This document shows positions 50,833-62,745 of a stretch of DNA of 64,000 nt, piece after piece. The position numbers were made by a program, and so were the translations under genes. The notes below the pieces were generated by a model. That model worked only from the letters and a program-made list of their open reading frames with translations. It was not told where the DNA came from and ran no database searches. This DNA is from Sphagnum compactum (Eukaryota): assembly GCA_965153455.1 (NCBI GenBank), contig OZ234493.1, forward strand, positions 11,646,213 through 11,710,212, given 5' to 3'. Numbering within the stretch: position 1 is the first letter of the stretch; each line of letters opens with the position of its first letter.

Positions 50833-52329
50833 TGGTTCTTAGATATTTTCAGAAGATTGATCATATATCACTGCAGTTATGTCAGAACTGTTTAACTGAA
50901 AAATCACAGGTTATATCAGGGCATCACTGGTTTTCTGATAACCACCCAACACTGGTTTTGTCAAGGATTTATTTTATACCATTCACCACAAACTATTTTT
51001 ATTACTGTAATATTTACGATTTTCCACAATTAATGTCACTGTATATATATACATATATATATATAGTTATATTTTAAGGCCACATGGCATAGATAATGTT
51101 GAAGTTCCAATGCTTTAAATATAGCTCAAATGTGCGAGTGTGATGGTGCAACAAGTAAAAACGTATTTTTGGGCACAAAAACATACAAAAATAAGTTCAT
51201 TGAAATATTTTGAATTTTATGGGACAATAGAGTGTTATTGAAGGAAAATATTAAACAAGCCTAAGATTGTAAATGTGTTAGGTATAGAAGTATTGTCACT
51301 ATAACATAACGTCACCAAAATAGGCCTTGCCTCCAAACCCCCATCCTCGTTCGTGTAACTGCCACATCTACACGTTACATAATACCTCCCATGTAACACG
51401 CGATGGTTGCGATGGCATCCATGGGATGAAAGGTACATTGACCATCGCATGTCATCTCATTGGATGGGCCAATGTAACATGCACCGATTTCAAAAAAAAT
51501 CGCGCAAATCAAGACTATCCAAATAGCCCCATGGTCTTAAACCTTAATGCAATGTAACAGTCCTTTGTGCCCACGTACCATCTCCATCGCTAGACCAACT
51601 TGAAGCTCCATCACCATTGTCCTGCAACTTCAAGCAACAATCAATTAGTTTATTGCACACCAATAATGCAAACAATTGAGTAATGTTCATTGTATCACAT
51701 TAGGTTCTTTAACATGCTTGGAGATTAATGCAATATGTTGAAGTACATGTAGTGGAGCTCTCATGAAACCTGTAGGAGCTTCAAGTGCAAGTGCAACACT
51801 ACTATTGAGGTAAGTTTTTTTTAGTGTTTGATGATGGCTATCAAATACTTGTCGAAATGCCTTCCTATAGTAGATAATGTGTTGCTAGGGTGTTCATGGA
51901 TTGCATGAAAGACTTCAATGAAAAAACGTTGTGTAATGCTTAAATGTTATTAGAGAAGTTGAAATTAAAGAGTTGAATGCAGATTTAATTGCAGTTCAAT
52001 TGTTACTTAGCTCTTCAATTGGATTTTGTTGTCTTCCTTTGAAAAATGTTGTTGTAACATGCTTAGGAGTTTTCTTTTGAGGTGAAAAGCATGGGAAGGA
52101 ATTTGTAGATGTGGAGGAGGAGTGATATGAACATGAAACTATTTAGAAACACAAAATTTCCTTTTTTATTCAACACATATCATAAGTTTAAGTCCCTGAT
52201 TCATGTGTTCCTGTTTGTTGCTTGTCACTTGTACATGTTGCAAAATGTTCTAGCAAAGAATAAGGCATTTATATTTTGGATTCATGTTATGATCTGACCT
52301 GGGTATTGTTTCTGGTGTTAGGTGTTGCA

Positions 52330-54860
52330 ATGGTTGGAAAGAACATGGATAGTGAACCCGGGAGCACAATGTTGTCTATAGAAGGCAAAAAAGACTTAAT
52401 TGTTTAGGGTTTGGTTCAATATTATGTCAATCTAGGGTACAGGAAATTTGTGGAGCAATTTGTTACACCTTAGCTTTATAATGAACTAAAAGTGGAGTTT
52501 GTAGCAATAAAGGTAAGTATTATATATCACTATCCATATTTGTTTAAGTTATAACAAGTGGGTGGCTAGTTACAGTGTCATGGTTCAACATGTTGAACAT
52601 GAAGATGTTTGCCCAAGTTATTAATATTTAGAAACATGTCGGCATGTCAAGTAACACCTAAGGATAGTGACAAAACATCAACATGTTATCTACATCTATT
52701 GTGGTGGAGAATGACCTAGTAAGCAAATGCTTTCGAAACACTGACACAAAGGCTGCAACAAAGCACATTTCATCCAAACTCAGGTAAACATGTTCAATTG
52801 CCAATGTACCCCAACTTCAAGTTTGCCCAAAAAACCAAAAAACTAAAACACATGCTCGTTGATGAGAAATCAACTTCTCGCTTGCTAATTAAAAGCCAAG
52901 CAAAAATCGACAAGGAGCAAGATTCAAAATTTATAACTAAAACAATCATTAGGTGGGTGTGTTCATTCAAAACACTCCATGGATTAAAACCATGTGTAAG
53001 GTATGATGCAAAACACCGCAAGTCCACTTCCATTGCAAATGGACTTGAAGCATCAAAGGAAGAGCTTGCGGTTGATGGAAAGCAAAAGAAATGGTCAAAA
53101 CCATTGGAAAAAAAAAAAGGAACGATCACCCAAAGATATTACTTGATGTTGTCAAGGAGGGAAGTAGTGCCAATAGCCAACAAATGATAAGGAAACAAAT
53201 TGGAACTGAAACCAAAAAACCTTACAAAGGGTAAGCTCGAAAAAGATTAAGGAAGGTGGTTGGATGGGTGGTTGACAAATTTCACAGCATAGTTGAACAA
53301 GTCAATGGGTATACATCTACTCCAACCTTTACATCCCCATCCAAAGATCAACATTCTGATGGGCTTCATGTTATAGAAATATAAGGCACTAAAAAGGTTG
53401 GACAACCTAGCGTGCATACGGATTTGGAAACCTCAAGGTTGAAGTAGCTTTAAGCTACAAACTAGATTATAACGTGGCATCTGGTATAAAAGTGAAGTTG
53501 CATTATGACATGGCATCTTGTCCATGTGACACATCATCTTGGAAGTTAGTGACAACTTCCAATTCTCCTTCTATTGATCTCATAGAAGAATTCTCATCCA
53601 AGGAGTTAGGGTTACTTGAAGCTAAATGCAAAGATGTGTTGGTCTCTATACAAACAAAAGCAGAACAAATGGTTACCATGAATTGGCAGCCACCTCCTCG
53701 ACCTCCTTCTTTCTTGAAACATGTCCCTAGTCTTTTTGTGTTGTTGCCATACATGTTACGTCACTATGACTAGGAGAAGGATACTATTGATGGATTCAAA
53801 TCCATATTGCAACAATACAAGTTTGAAGATGACAAATGGAACGCTCGGGTTGAAGACATATTTATGTTTTCATATGGGAGCTGGTCATTTGCATAATCAA
53901 TAAAAGAATTACATTTACATTTTGAGTTTAATCATTTGTTATGTTTTTTCATGTACCAACTCTTTTGTAGGGTTTAACTTTTAACTTGTTGTATATTGGC
54001 TACAAAAATTAAATCAATGTAGCAACAATGTTAAAAATTCCACCACTTTGTGTGTCGAGCGTGTCCGCAATTGGGCTACTATGGATGAAGAATTTGAAGC
54101 ACTGCTAGAATATGTTGAGCACCAACTTCTAAACAAAGTAATCATGGGTCTAGAAGCAACCTAGAAGGATAGAAGGGCTCAAAAATTTGAGGAATACATA
54201 AAGAAGAAAATGCAAGATTGGGAAACTAGGGTGGTTCTTTGCATGGAACAGATTACCTGGGGATGGCATCTTATGTACCACATTTTTTGTGGTGTCTCGC
54301 TTCTACAAAGTGTTTTGCCACCATTCCCATGGGCACACAACAAAGAAAAGGCAAGGACTATAATGGCAACAATTTGTAATATGTAGAAAGCAAAATGGAT
54401 ATGGCAAACATTGGGGAGTGTACAAATTCTAAAAATGTTCATGTTTGCACGAGGTTTGCAACTAGCTCTATGTCATGCTATTAAGGGAGGGAACAAGGAC
54501 AACATATCGGAATGGATTGGACTAGGCTTCAACTCTCGGCCATGGGTTCCAATCAAAAGGATGTTACATGAAGAAGGGTTTTTTTTGTTTACAAGTTGTA
54601 CGAATGTTTCTTCATGCCAAGAATGGAGGCAACATGTGGAATTGGCATTTGAATTGCTCAAATGTCCAATTACTGAATGGTGGGATGAGTACATTAGCTA
54701 GATACAAAATGTGCAATTACGAGTAATGTAGACAATGGCAATGGTGAACAAACCCAAAAACGTTGAGGCATGGCAATAGTAGGACACTGTGCCTCAAGAC
54801 AATTGCTTGCAATAACGCGTCATTAGTTGGCTGAAATTCATAGAAAATCATGATTGTGGT
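52330..54860 (+). pseudogene. Decayed multi-exon coding region of unrecognised family, probably transposon-borne
   Basis: A ~215-codon frame at 54054-54701 is broken by only two internal TAG codons. Further protein-like frames lie at 52798-53187 and 53474-53900. Splice-like sites occur at 51810 and 52513 (GTAAGT). Confidence 0.4.
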
Positions 54861-55129
54861 TGGATTGTGATGGTGGTATTACAAATCATTTGTAAAGTTT
54901 ACACTTGTTTGTGATGTAGTTACTAGGAATTTAAAATAAAGTTACATTTATAAAATTTGCACAATGCTGTGATGCAGGTACTAGGATTTGTAAATAAAAT
55001 TACATTCAAGTTTAGTGAAGTTAAATTTAGAAAGAAGTTGTAATTCAGTATATTGAGAAATCCAAGTTCAATCATCTTCCTTGTGGATGTGAAACAACAC
55101 CATCAATGTTCATTGGACATCATATAACT

Positions 55130-56850
55130 CATTTTTTTTTATCATGCATTCTATGCTTTTAAGACTCCTATATTTTACAATCACCATAATCATGAAGGCG
55201 ATGTCACATGACGTTCTACAATTAACCATTTCCCCTCTTGTTTATTTCCATCCATTGTAAATGACATTCACATCATAGGCCCCCCCTTAATTGTATCATA
55301 TACATATGGGCATTTCCAAACTGAACTTCGTGCGATAAGTCTTTGTATCTAACCTTAAAAATGTGTAACATGGTCCCCCTTTAACCTACCACCTAACTTC
55401 GACACCCTATTTGAAAGAATTCAAGTATTGGGGGTTCGATTGGGCACCTCGTCATTCGCATCATGTTTCATCAAATATGCCTTATTAAAGGATGTTTGAC
55501 ATGTCAACCTTTTCCTTAGAATGGGTGATGTTAAAGTAACTTTTGTAATTCTAACTCATTGCTTTGTGTAATGACCATCATATTTATTATAATGCACATT
55601 TCCTTCTTCCCCCTTCATAAAATCCTTTGTTTCATTTGACTGTTCCCTTCAAATGTTTGGATGCCTTTTGGGTCTAAGATTCTTTAATATCCCATAAAGA
55701 TTTTTAGCCCATAAACAAGCCTATTTCCCAATAGCTTTGGTGGCATCATGCTCATACTAATAACCACCATTGCCTTAATATCTTATTTAAGGTGTTGGGC
55801 CCTTGTAGCTTCAATCATAGCTGCTAGGTTTACGGTCAATCAACATCCCTTCGTTTTAAAACCTTAGCATGAATTGACAACATTTTTTTTTTCCCACAAC
55901 ACCTCAAGGTGGTTTGTGATCTTCTAAATATTGCCCTTAGTTTGCACGTGTCTTCTTCCTTTTGAAATACTCATTGGGCAACAAAATATTTGATTTTAGA
56001 ACTCCATTTCGGAGCATTTGCACCATCATGCCCTTTCCAACATGCTTTTTGATAGGATATATAAAGCCCATCATGCTCGAATTTTATCATGTTTTGGCCA
56101 TGGGGTGAGTGTTTTTCTTACATCTCTACCTGTTTTTTTAACCTTTCAATTATCTTCCCTAGTTTTCTTCACAATGTTTCGAACATATTTTGGATATCCC
56201 ACATTTTTCAATTTTAGATATCCTTTTAATGTGTGTACACACATCCCATTGACCTTATGTGATCCACTTTTTACATTGCGCCCATGGCAATGAACACATA
56301 GGAACCCATGATGTAATTTGCGACATTTTTTACCATTGCACAAGATGTTGGCTTCCACATGGGATGAAAACAATTACTTATGCTTCAACCACTTTCAACT
56401 CCTCTTGTTGACAAGTTGACATTGTCTTCACCAAAGATGGAATTCACATTTTAGTTAACATTGTCATTGCTGACCCAATGTAAGTGGATTTAGTTCTCTG
56501 ATGTTGTGTAACTCAAGGATTTGTTGCCTTCGATATAGTTCAAACCAAAGAAAAAGAATATTGTGATTGACACCCCACTAATCAATTCCTCCTTTTTACA
56601 ATTGAAATATTTGGATGTTTACACAATTATGCCAATGCCATTTGGAGCTTCAAAAGGCTTAAAAGCCTTTCTCTTTTTGTTTTAATCACTTTTTTTGATA
56701 AAAAACTTGAGTTACATTGCAAAGGATGGAAGCATCCTCCATATTAAATTGGTTGATAGGAGTAGGTCTAGTTACTTTTTGACTTCCACCCCTTGAGAAC
56801 ACACCCCCAATCGCCATGACTACTGACCTATTAGAGGCGGTTGGGTGTTG
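55130..56850 (+). mobile_element. 5'-truncated CRE-like retrotransposon, copy 3
   Basis: NHFPSCLFPSIVNDIHIIGPP, IQVLGVRLGTSSF, CVYTHPID..IHFLHCAHGNEHIGTHDV, VDIVFTKDGIHILVNIVIADP, FLLFTIEIFGCL, LQRMEASSIL..TDLLEAVGC*. Confidence 0.8.
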
Positions 56851-57159
56851 AGATGGAGAGATTTTGAAATCTAGTTGGTGCTAGCCTGACATCGTTTAAA
56901 ATTCTCCCATTCTTTTTTCCGTTTTTTCCTCCTCTTTCATTTGGGCCAGAGAGAATTAACAGCCACCAATGCACCAGTTGGCCGTTCTGTCCACTGGATG
57001 GGTTGTGTTTTTTCATTCGGCGCCGGATGGGGCTCATCACAGTCGATTTCTTTTTGCTGCTGACCACTGTACTTTTTCTTTTTTTTCTTGCTCGTTTTTC
57101 CTTGGACCTGACCTCACACATAGCTACCCTGCTCACTTTTCTACCCTGTTCACTTTTCT

Positions 57160-60100
57160 ACCTAGCTACTGTACTCACCACCTACCCTACTAACCTGGCT
57201 ACTGTATTCACCACCTACCCTACTAACCTGGCTACTGTACTCATCACCTACCCTACTAACCTAGCTACTGTACTTACCACCTACCCTACTAACCTAGCTA
57301 CCCTATTAATTACATACCCTACCCTAAAAACCTTACCCTAAATGCAATACCTGCATTTTGGGCCATTTCGAAAGTACGCATGTGGGGTTCAAGCTTTCTT
57401 TATACAAAGATCCTACCCTAAATGCAATACCTGCATTTTGGGCCATTTCGAAAGTACGCATGTGGGCTTTTAGCATCTTTATATGAAGATCATACCCTAA
57501 ATGCAATACTTGCATTTTGGGTCACATCACTAACCAAGCTACTGTACTAACCACCTACCCTACTAACCTAGCTATTCTATTAATTACGTACCCTACTAAC
57601 TTAATCATTAGGTTTAGGGTTGAGACACATAAATTAATTGATAAGTTTTTCATAAATGTATAATAATTAATTTAAAGTAAGCTAAATTTGGGGGGAAAAT
57701 TTTAGGGTTTACACACATGTGAAGTAATACAATTGCATTTTATACCTTCTTCAAAAAGAATGGAAAAATTAGGTTGAAAAATCACACAAAGGTAAAAGAC
57801 ATATCTTCTTTTTTGGTTTTGTACGAAATTTATTTGATTATTTCTAAAGATTAACATATTTTCTTTCAGTTAATAAATATTTATAATTAAAAACCTTTGA
57901 ATTTTGGTTTCTAAATTTTTTCCTATGTTCTTTTAAATTTGGTTATTTTGCATTATATGATTTGTATAGTTTATATAGTTTTTTGGGTTTAGGGCATATA
58001 TCACTAATTCTTCTTTTTGTTAGGGTTTGTATAGTTAGGGTTTATATGAAGATCCCACCCTAAATGCAATACCTGCATTTTGGGGCACACAAAAAATACA
58101 CATGTGGGGTTTAAGCATCTTTATACGAAGATCCTACCCTAAATGCAATACCTGCAATTTGGGCCACTCCGAAAGGACGCATATAGGGTTTAAGCTTCTT
58201 TATATGAAGATCCTACCCTAAATGCAATACCTACATTTTGGGGCACACAAAAATAATTAATTAATTTCAAATTAATATGCTAACAAAGGTGTGTATAGAG
58301 GTTAGCGTTGTTGATTAGGAGTTCCATGATTCTTACTTCGTTTCATGAATTTGAAAAGAGGTTGTATTGTTTGTGGATCAAATAATACGATGACAATTGT
58401 GATCAAACTTATCTTGGTGTAGGAATTTTTCATGAAAAAGCTAAACTTACAATCTATAACATGGAATAATTATCTTAAATAGTGATTTCAATAACTTATT
58501 AAAACAAAAATATACTTCAGTTAATTAATCAAATATCAAATTAATCAATCTGATTTTTGATAATTATTCATCTAAATTATTTGATAATAAATTAATTATC
58601 AGAAATATTTTATATTAAATTGGGGGGAAATTTTTGGGTTTAGATATATGTGACACAATACAATCTCGTTCTATATTTTCTTCAAAGAGATTGAGAAAAT
58701 GAGGTTGGAGTTATCACACAAATGTAATTAACAAACTTTATGTGAAAACCCAACCCTGAATGCGATACAAAGTTTGTTGAGATCAAAAATAAACCAGCAA
58801 CTATTATGAGACCTATATGCGAGTATTGCAAGAGATGCCAAAAAAAACCAGCAGCTATTATGGGAACTATATGCGGGTATTGCAACGAATGTTATAAAAA
58901 CCCAACGAATACCATGGATCGATATGCGGGTATTGCAACGAATGAAGAATGTCAGCAACTATTCAGTTGGTAAAAGTAAGTACGGGTGTAGGTATTGCAA
59001 CGAAACCCCAAAATTCTAGTTGGTAAAGGTAAGTATAAGTCTGAAGTTGAAATGAAAAAACAAACCTAAATGTAATACCCACGTTTGAAAAAACCCCATC
59101 TAAATGGTTTGGATACCCTTAAGTGAAGACCTAGCCCTAAACACAATATGCATATGCAAAGTCACTTTGAAATAACCCAACCCTAAATGCAATACCTGCA
59201 ATTTGGGTCATTCCTAAAGGACGCATGTAAGGTTTAAGCTTTCTTTATACGAAGATCTTACCCTAAATGCAATACCTGCATTTTGGGTCATGTCGAAAGT
59301 ACGCATGTGGGATTTAGGCTTATCTATTAATTATTTAATTATATGACAAATTTTATTGATAATTCATTAATTATCATAAATATTTTATATTAAATTGGGG
59401 GGAAAATTTTAGGGTTTAGACATATGTGAAACAATACAATTGCATTCTATATCTTCCTGAAAGAGATTGGGAAAATTAGGTTGGAGTTATCACACAAAGG
59501 TAAAAAACAAACCTTATGTGAAAACCTAACCCTAAATGCAATACAAAGTTTGTGAAGATCAAAAAATAAAAAGTTCAAGCTTAAATATTTTTCAAAGATG
59601 TTCATATTTTTTTTCCCCTTTTAAAGTTGTATATTCATACTAAAAACGTAAATATAAAGTCTTTAATTTAATGAGATTTTAAATTGTGTTAAAAAAAAAT
59701 CAAAACACATAATAATGGTTTAAATATTGGTCCAAATATATTGTTATTTATAAAACCTAATACATAAATAATGATATTATGGAATTATATTGTTGATCCA
59801 TTTTCAATACATATAATATTTTAGGGGTTTAGGGTTTAGGGTTGGGTTTTCACAGGTTAAGGTTGGGTAAACCCTAAAACCCTAAACCCTACAAATATTA
59901 ATAGTAAATAAAATAAATCTACTATGCATTATAGAGGGTTTAGGTTTAAGGTTTAGGGTTTAGGTTTAAGTTTAGGGTTTAGATTTAGGGTTTAAGGTTA
60001 AGGTTTAGGTTTAAATTTAGGGTTTAGGTTTAAGTTTAGGGTTTAGATTTAAGGTTTAGGGTTTAGGTTTAAGTTTAGGGTTTAGGGTTAGATTTAGGGT

Positions 60101-61680
60101 TTAGGGGTTTAGGGTATAAGTTAGGGTTTAGATTTAGGGTTTAAGGTTAAGGTTTAGGGTTTAGGTTTAGATTTAGGGTTTACGGTTTAGGGGTTTAGGG
60201 TTTAAGTTAGGGTTTAGATTTAGGGTTTAAGTTAGGGTTTAGATTTAGGGTTTAAGGTTTAGGTTTAGGTTTAAGGTTTAGGGTTTAGGTTTAGATTTAG
60301 GGTTTAGGTTTAAGGTTTAGGGTTTAAGTTAGGGTTTAGATTTAGGGTTTAAGGTTAAGGTTTAGGTTTAAGTTTAGGGTTTAGGTTTAGATTTAGGTTT
60401 TAGGGTTTAGGCGTTTAGGGTTTAAGTTAGGGCTTAGATTTAGCGTTTAAGGTTAAGGTTTAGGTTTAAGTTTAGGGTTTAGGTTTAGATTTAGGGTTTA
60501 GGTTTAAGGTTTAGGGTTTAGGTTTAGATTTAGGGTTTAGGTTTAAGGTTTAGGGTTTAGGTTTAGATTTAGGGTTTAGGTTTAAGGTTTAGGGTTTAAG
60601 TTAGGGTTTAGATTTAGGGTTTAAGGTTTAGGGTTTAGGTTTAGGTTTTGGGTTTAGGGTTTAGGTTTAGGGTTTAGGTTTAGGATACTGATAATGATGT
60701 TGCAAAAGCTGCTATTGTGGCTACAAAGAAAAGTGATTGGTCTTAAGTGCGCACCTACCGGCTAAGTACGCACACTCCTCCCAGGTTCAAGTTGCGTACT
60801 TAGGCAGGAGGCTATTGTACGCATGTGGGTTTAAGCATCTTTATACGAAAATCCTACCCTAAATGCAATACCTGCACTTTGGGTCACACAAAAAATACGC
60901 ATGTGGGGTTTAAGCCTTTTTTAAATGAAGATCTTACCCTAAATGCAATACCTGCATTTAGGGTCACTCTAAAATAATTAGTTAATTTCAAAATCATATG
61001 CTAACAAAGGTGTGTATGGAGGTTGGGGTTGTTGATTGGGAATCCATGATTGAAATTTAGAGTTTGGGAAACCCTAAATTAATTAACAGTTTTTTTACAA
61101 ATTAATAGTAAATGAAATAAATCTATGGTGCATTATAGGGGGAATTTTATATGCAAAAAAATGCAATACATATTTGCAAGATCATATTGAAATAATGCAT
61201 AGGTGATTGGAGGAAAGCATATGTGAAAACCCTAAACCCTAAATGCAATACTTGCATGTAATGTCATTTCAAAAATGGTCTGGGTACCAAAATTATGTCT
61301 TTTTATATACCTAAATTAAATATTATTCTAAATTAATTTTATGACAAAATGTAAGTTTTACAATGAATGAAAAAACCAGCAACTATTATGGGACCTATAT
61401 GCGGGTATTGCAAGAGAACCTAAAAAAACCAGTCGCTATTTTGGAGACTATATGCGGGTATTGCAACGAATGAAGAATGTCAACGATTATTTGTGCCCTT
61501 TATGTGGGTATTGCAAGGAATGCAAAATGCCAGCGGCTATTATGGGACTCATATGAGGGTATTACAATGAATGAAAAAGGCCATTGCCTATTATGGGACT
61601 TATATGCGGGTATTGCATTTAATGCAAAATGTCTGTGGCTATTTTTTGAGGTTATATGCAGGTATTGCATATTAGAAAAT
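57160..61680. repeat. Nested satellite complex of 33-bp, ~80-bp and ~50-bp units arranged in larger repeated blocks
   Basis: 33-bp unit CTACTAACCTAGCTACTGTACTCACCACCTACC (57160-57320, 57530-57600). ~80-bp unit ACCCTAAATGCAATACCTGCATTTTGGG..ACGCATGTGGG near 57335, 57415, 57495, 58057, 58136, 58215, 59180, 59260, 60856 and 60936. ~50-bp unit with TATGCGGGTATTGCAA (58790-59000, 61370-61670). Confidence 0.92.
59935..60684 (+). repeat. Interstitial degenerate telomere-like array, ~750 bp
   Basis: TTTAGGG interleaved with TTTAGG, TTTAAG(G), TTTAGA and TTAGGG in recurring higher-order order. Confidence 0.95.
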
Positions 61681-62289
61681 GGTCTTATGGAGTTCATAAT
61701 AGAAAATGATGTGGGTATTATATGTTTAAAATGTGTGGATTATTTTAAAAGTCTTCAAGTGATGTGAGTCCTATTAACTTAGATGTAAGTATTGTATAAT
61801 GTTTATTTTGATCTTTGATTTGATTCTTACATCTCAAGTACAAACAAAATTATGACAAAGAAAACATATAGGATTAACCAAATACACATCAAACAAGTGT
61901 GAGTAGCCGATACTATTATATTAATAAAAGATGTACAAAAATGGGTGCGTGGAAAATTACTAGAGAACCCAATGAAGAAAAAACATTGGATCACTATAAC
62001 ATATCAAAGGATCAAAGTTCAAAATAGGGTAGTCCAAAAAAGAAAAGGGCTACAAAACCTTACTAATTATATAAAATGAAACCCTAACCCATATCAGTAT
62101 CTACAATCCCGTGTTTAGCTCGATATGCAGCTGCTGCATTTGCAGCCTTTGCTGCATGATGAGCAGTGTAAAGATGGCGGCGTTGCATCTCAATCTGAAC
62201 TGCATTTGCAACAAACTGGGCCTTTGTTTGGTCCTGAACCCTACAAACACCCAAAAATCACCAAATTAAACCGTAACACACCTTGGATT

Positions 62290-62600
62290 AAGCTCTGCAA
62301 CTCGAAGCTCGTGGAGCTTGGAGATCGGAGCTGCAACTCCGAGCTCCACGAGCTGGGAGCTGCAGCTCCAAGCTCCACGAGCTGGGAGCTGCAGGTCCAA
62401 GCTCCAAGCTCCAAGCTCCAAGCTCGTGGAGCTCGGAGCTGCGCTGGAGCTCCAAGCTCGTGGAGCTCGGAGCTGCTGCGCTGCTCCCAGCTCGTGGAGC
62501 TCAGAGCTGCAGCGCTGCAGGTTTAGGGTTTAGGGTTTAAACCCTAAACCCTCAAAGCTCAAAGCTGCAACGTTTAAAGCTCCGAGCTTAAAGCTGCAAT
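62290..62600. repeat. GC-rich AGCT/GAGCTC simple-repeat island ending in head-to-head telo motifs
   Basis: Dense GGAGCT, AGCTCC and GAGCTGC units, then GTTTAGGGTTTAGGGTTTAAACCCTAAACCCT at 62521-62552. Confidence 0.8.
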
Positions 62601-62745
62601 TTTCTAAAGCTCAAAGTTGCAACGCTTTTTTTTTTTTTTCTTGCTGCTAGTGGCGATTTATTTTTTTTGCTTTGTTGTTGCTTGTGCTTTTGTTCATTAG
62701 AATTAACAATTGGTAATAACTACTGGTTTAGGGTTGGAGGTTATA

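Noticed and set aside
57003-57341. ORF with LATVLTTYPTN repeats
   Set aside because: Translation of the 33-bp satellite, with no start context or splice support.
59935-60684. True chromosome end
   Set aside because: The array is internal, degenerate and flanked on both sides by the same satellite family.
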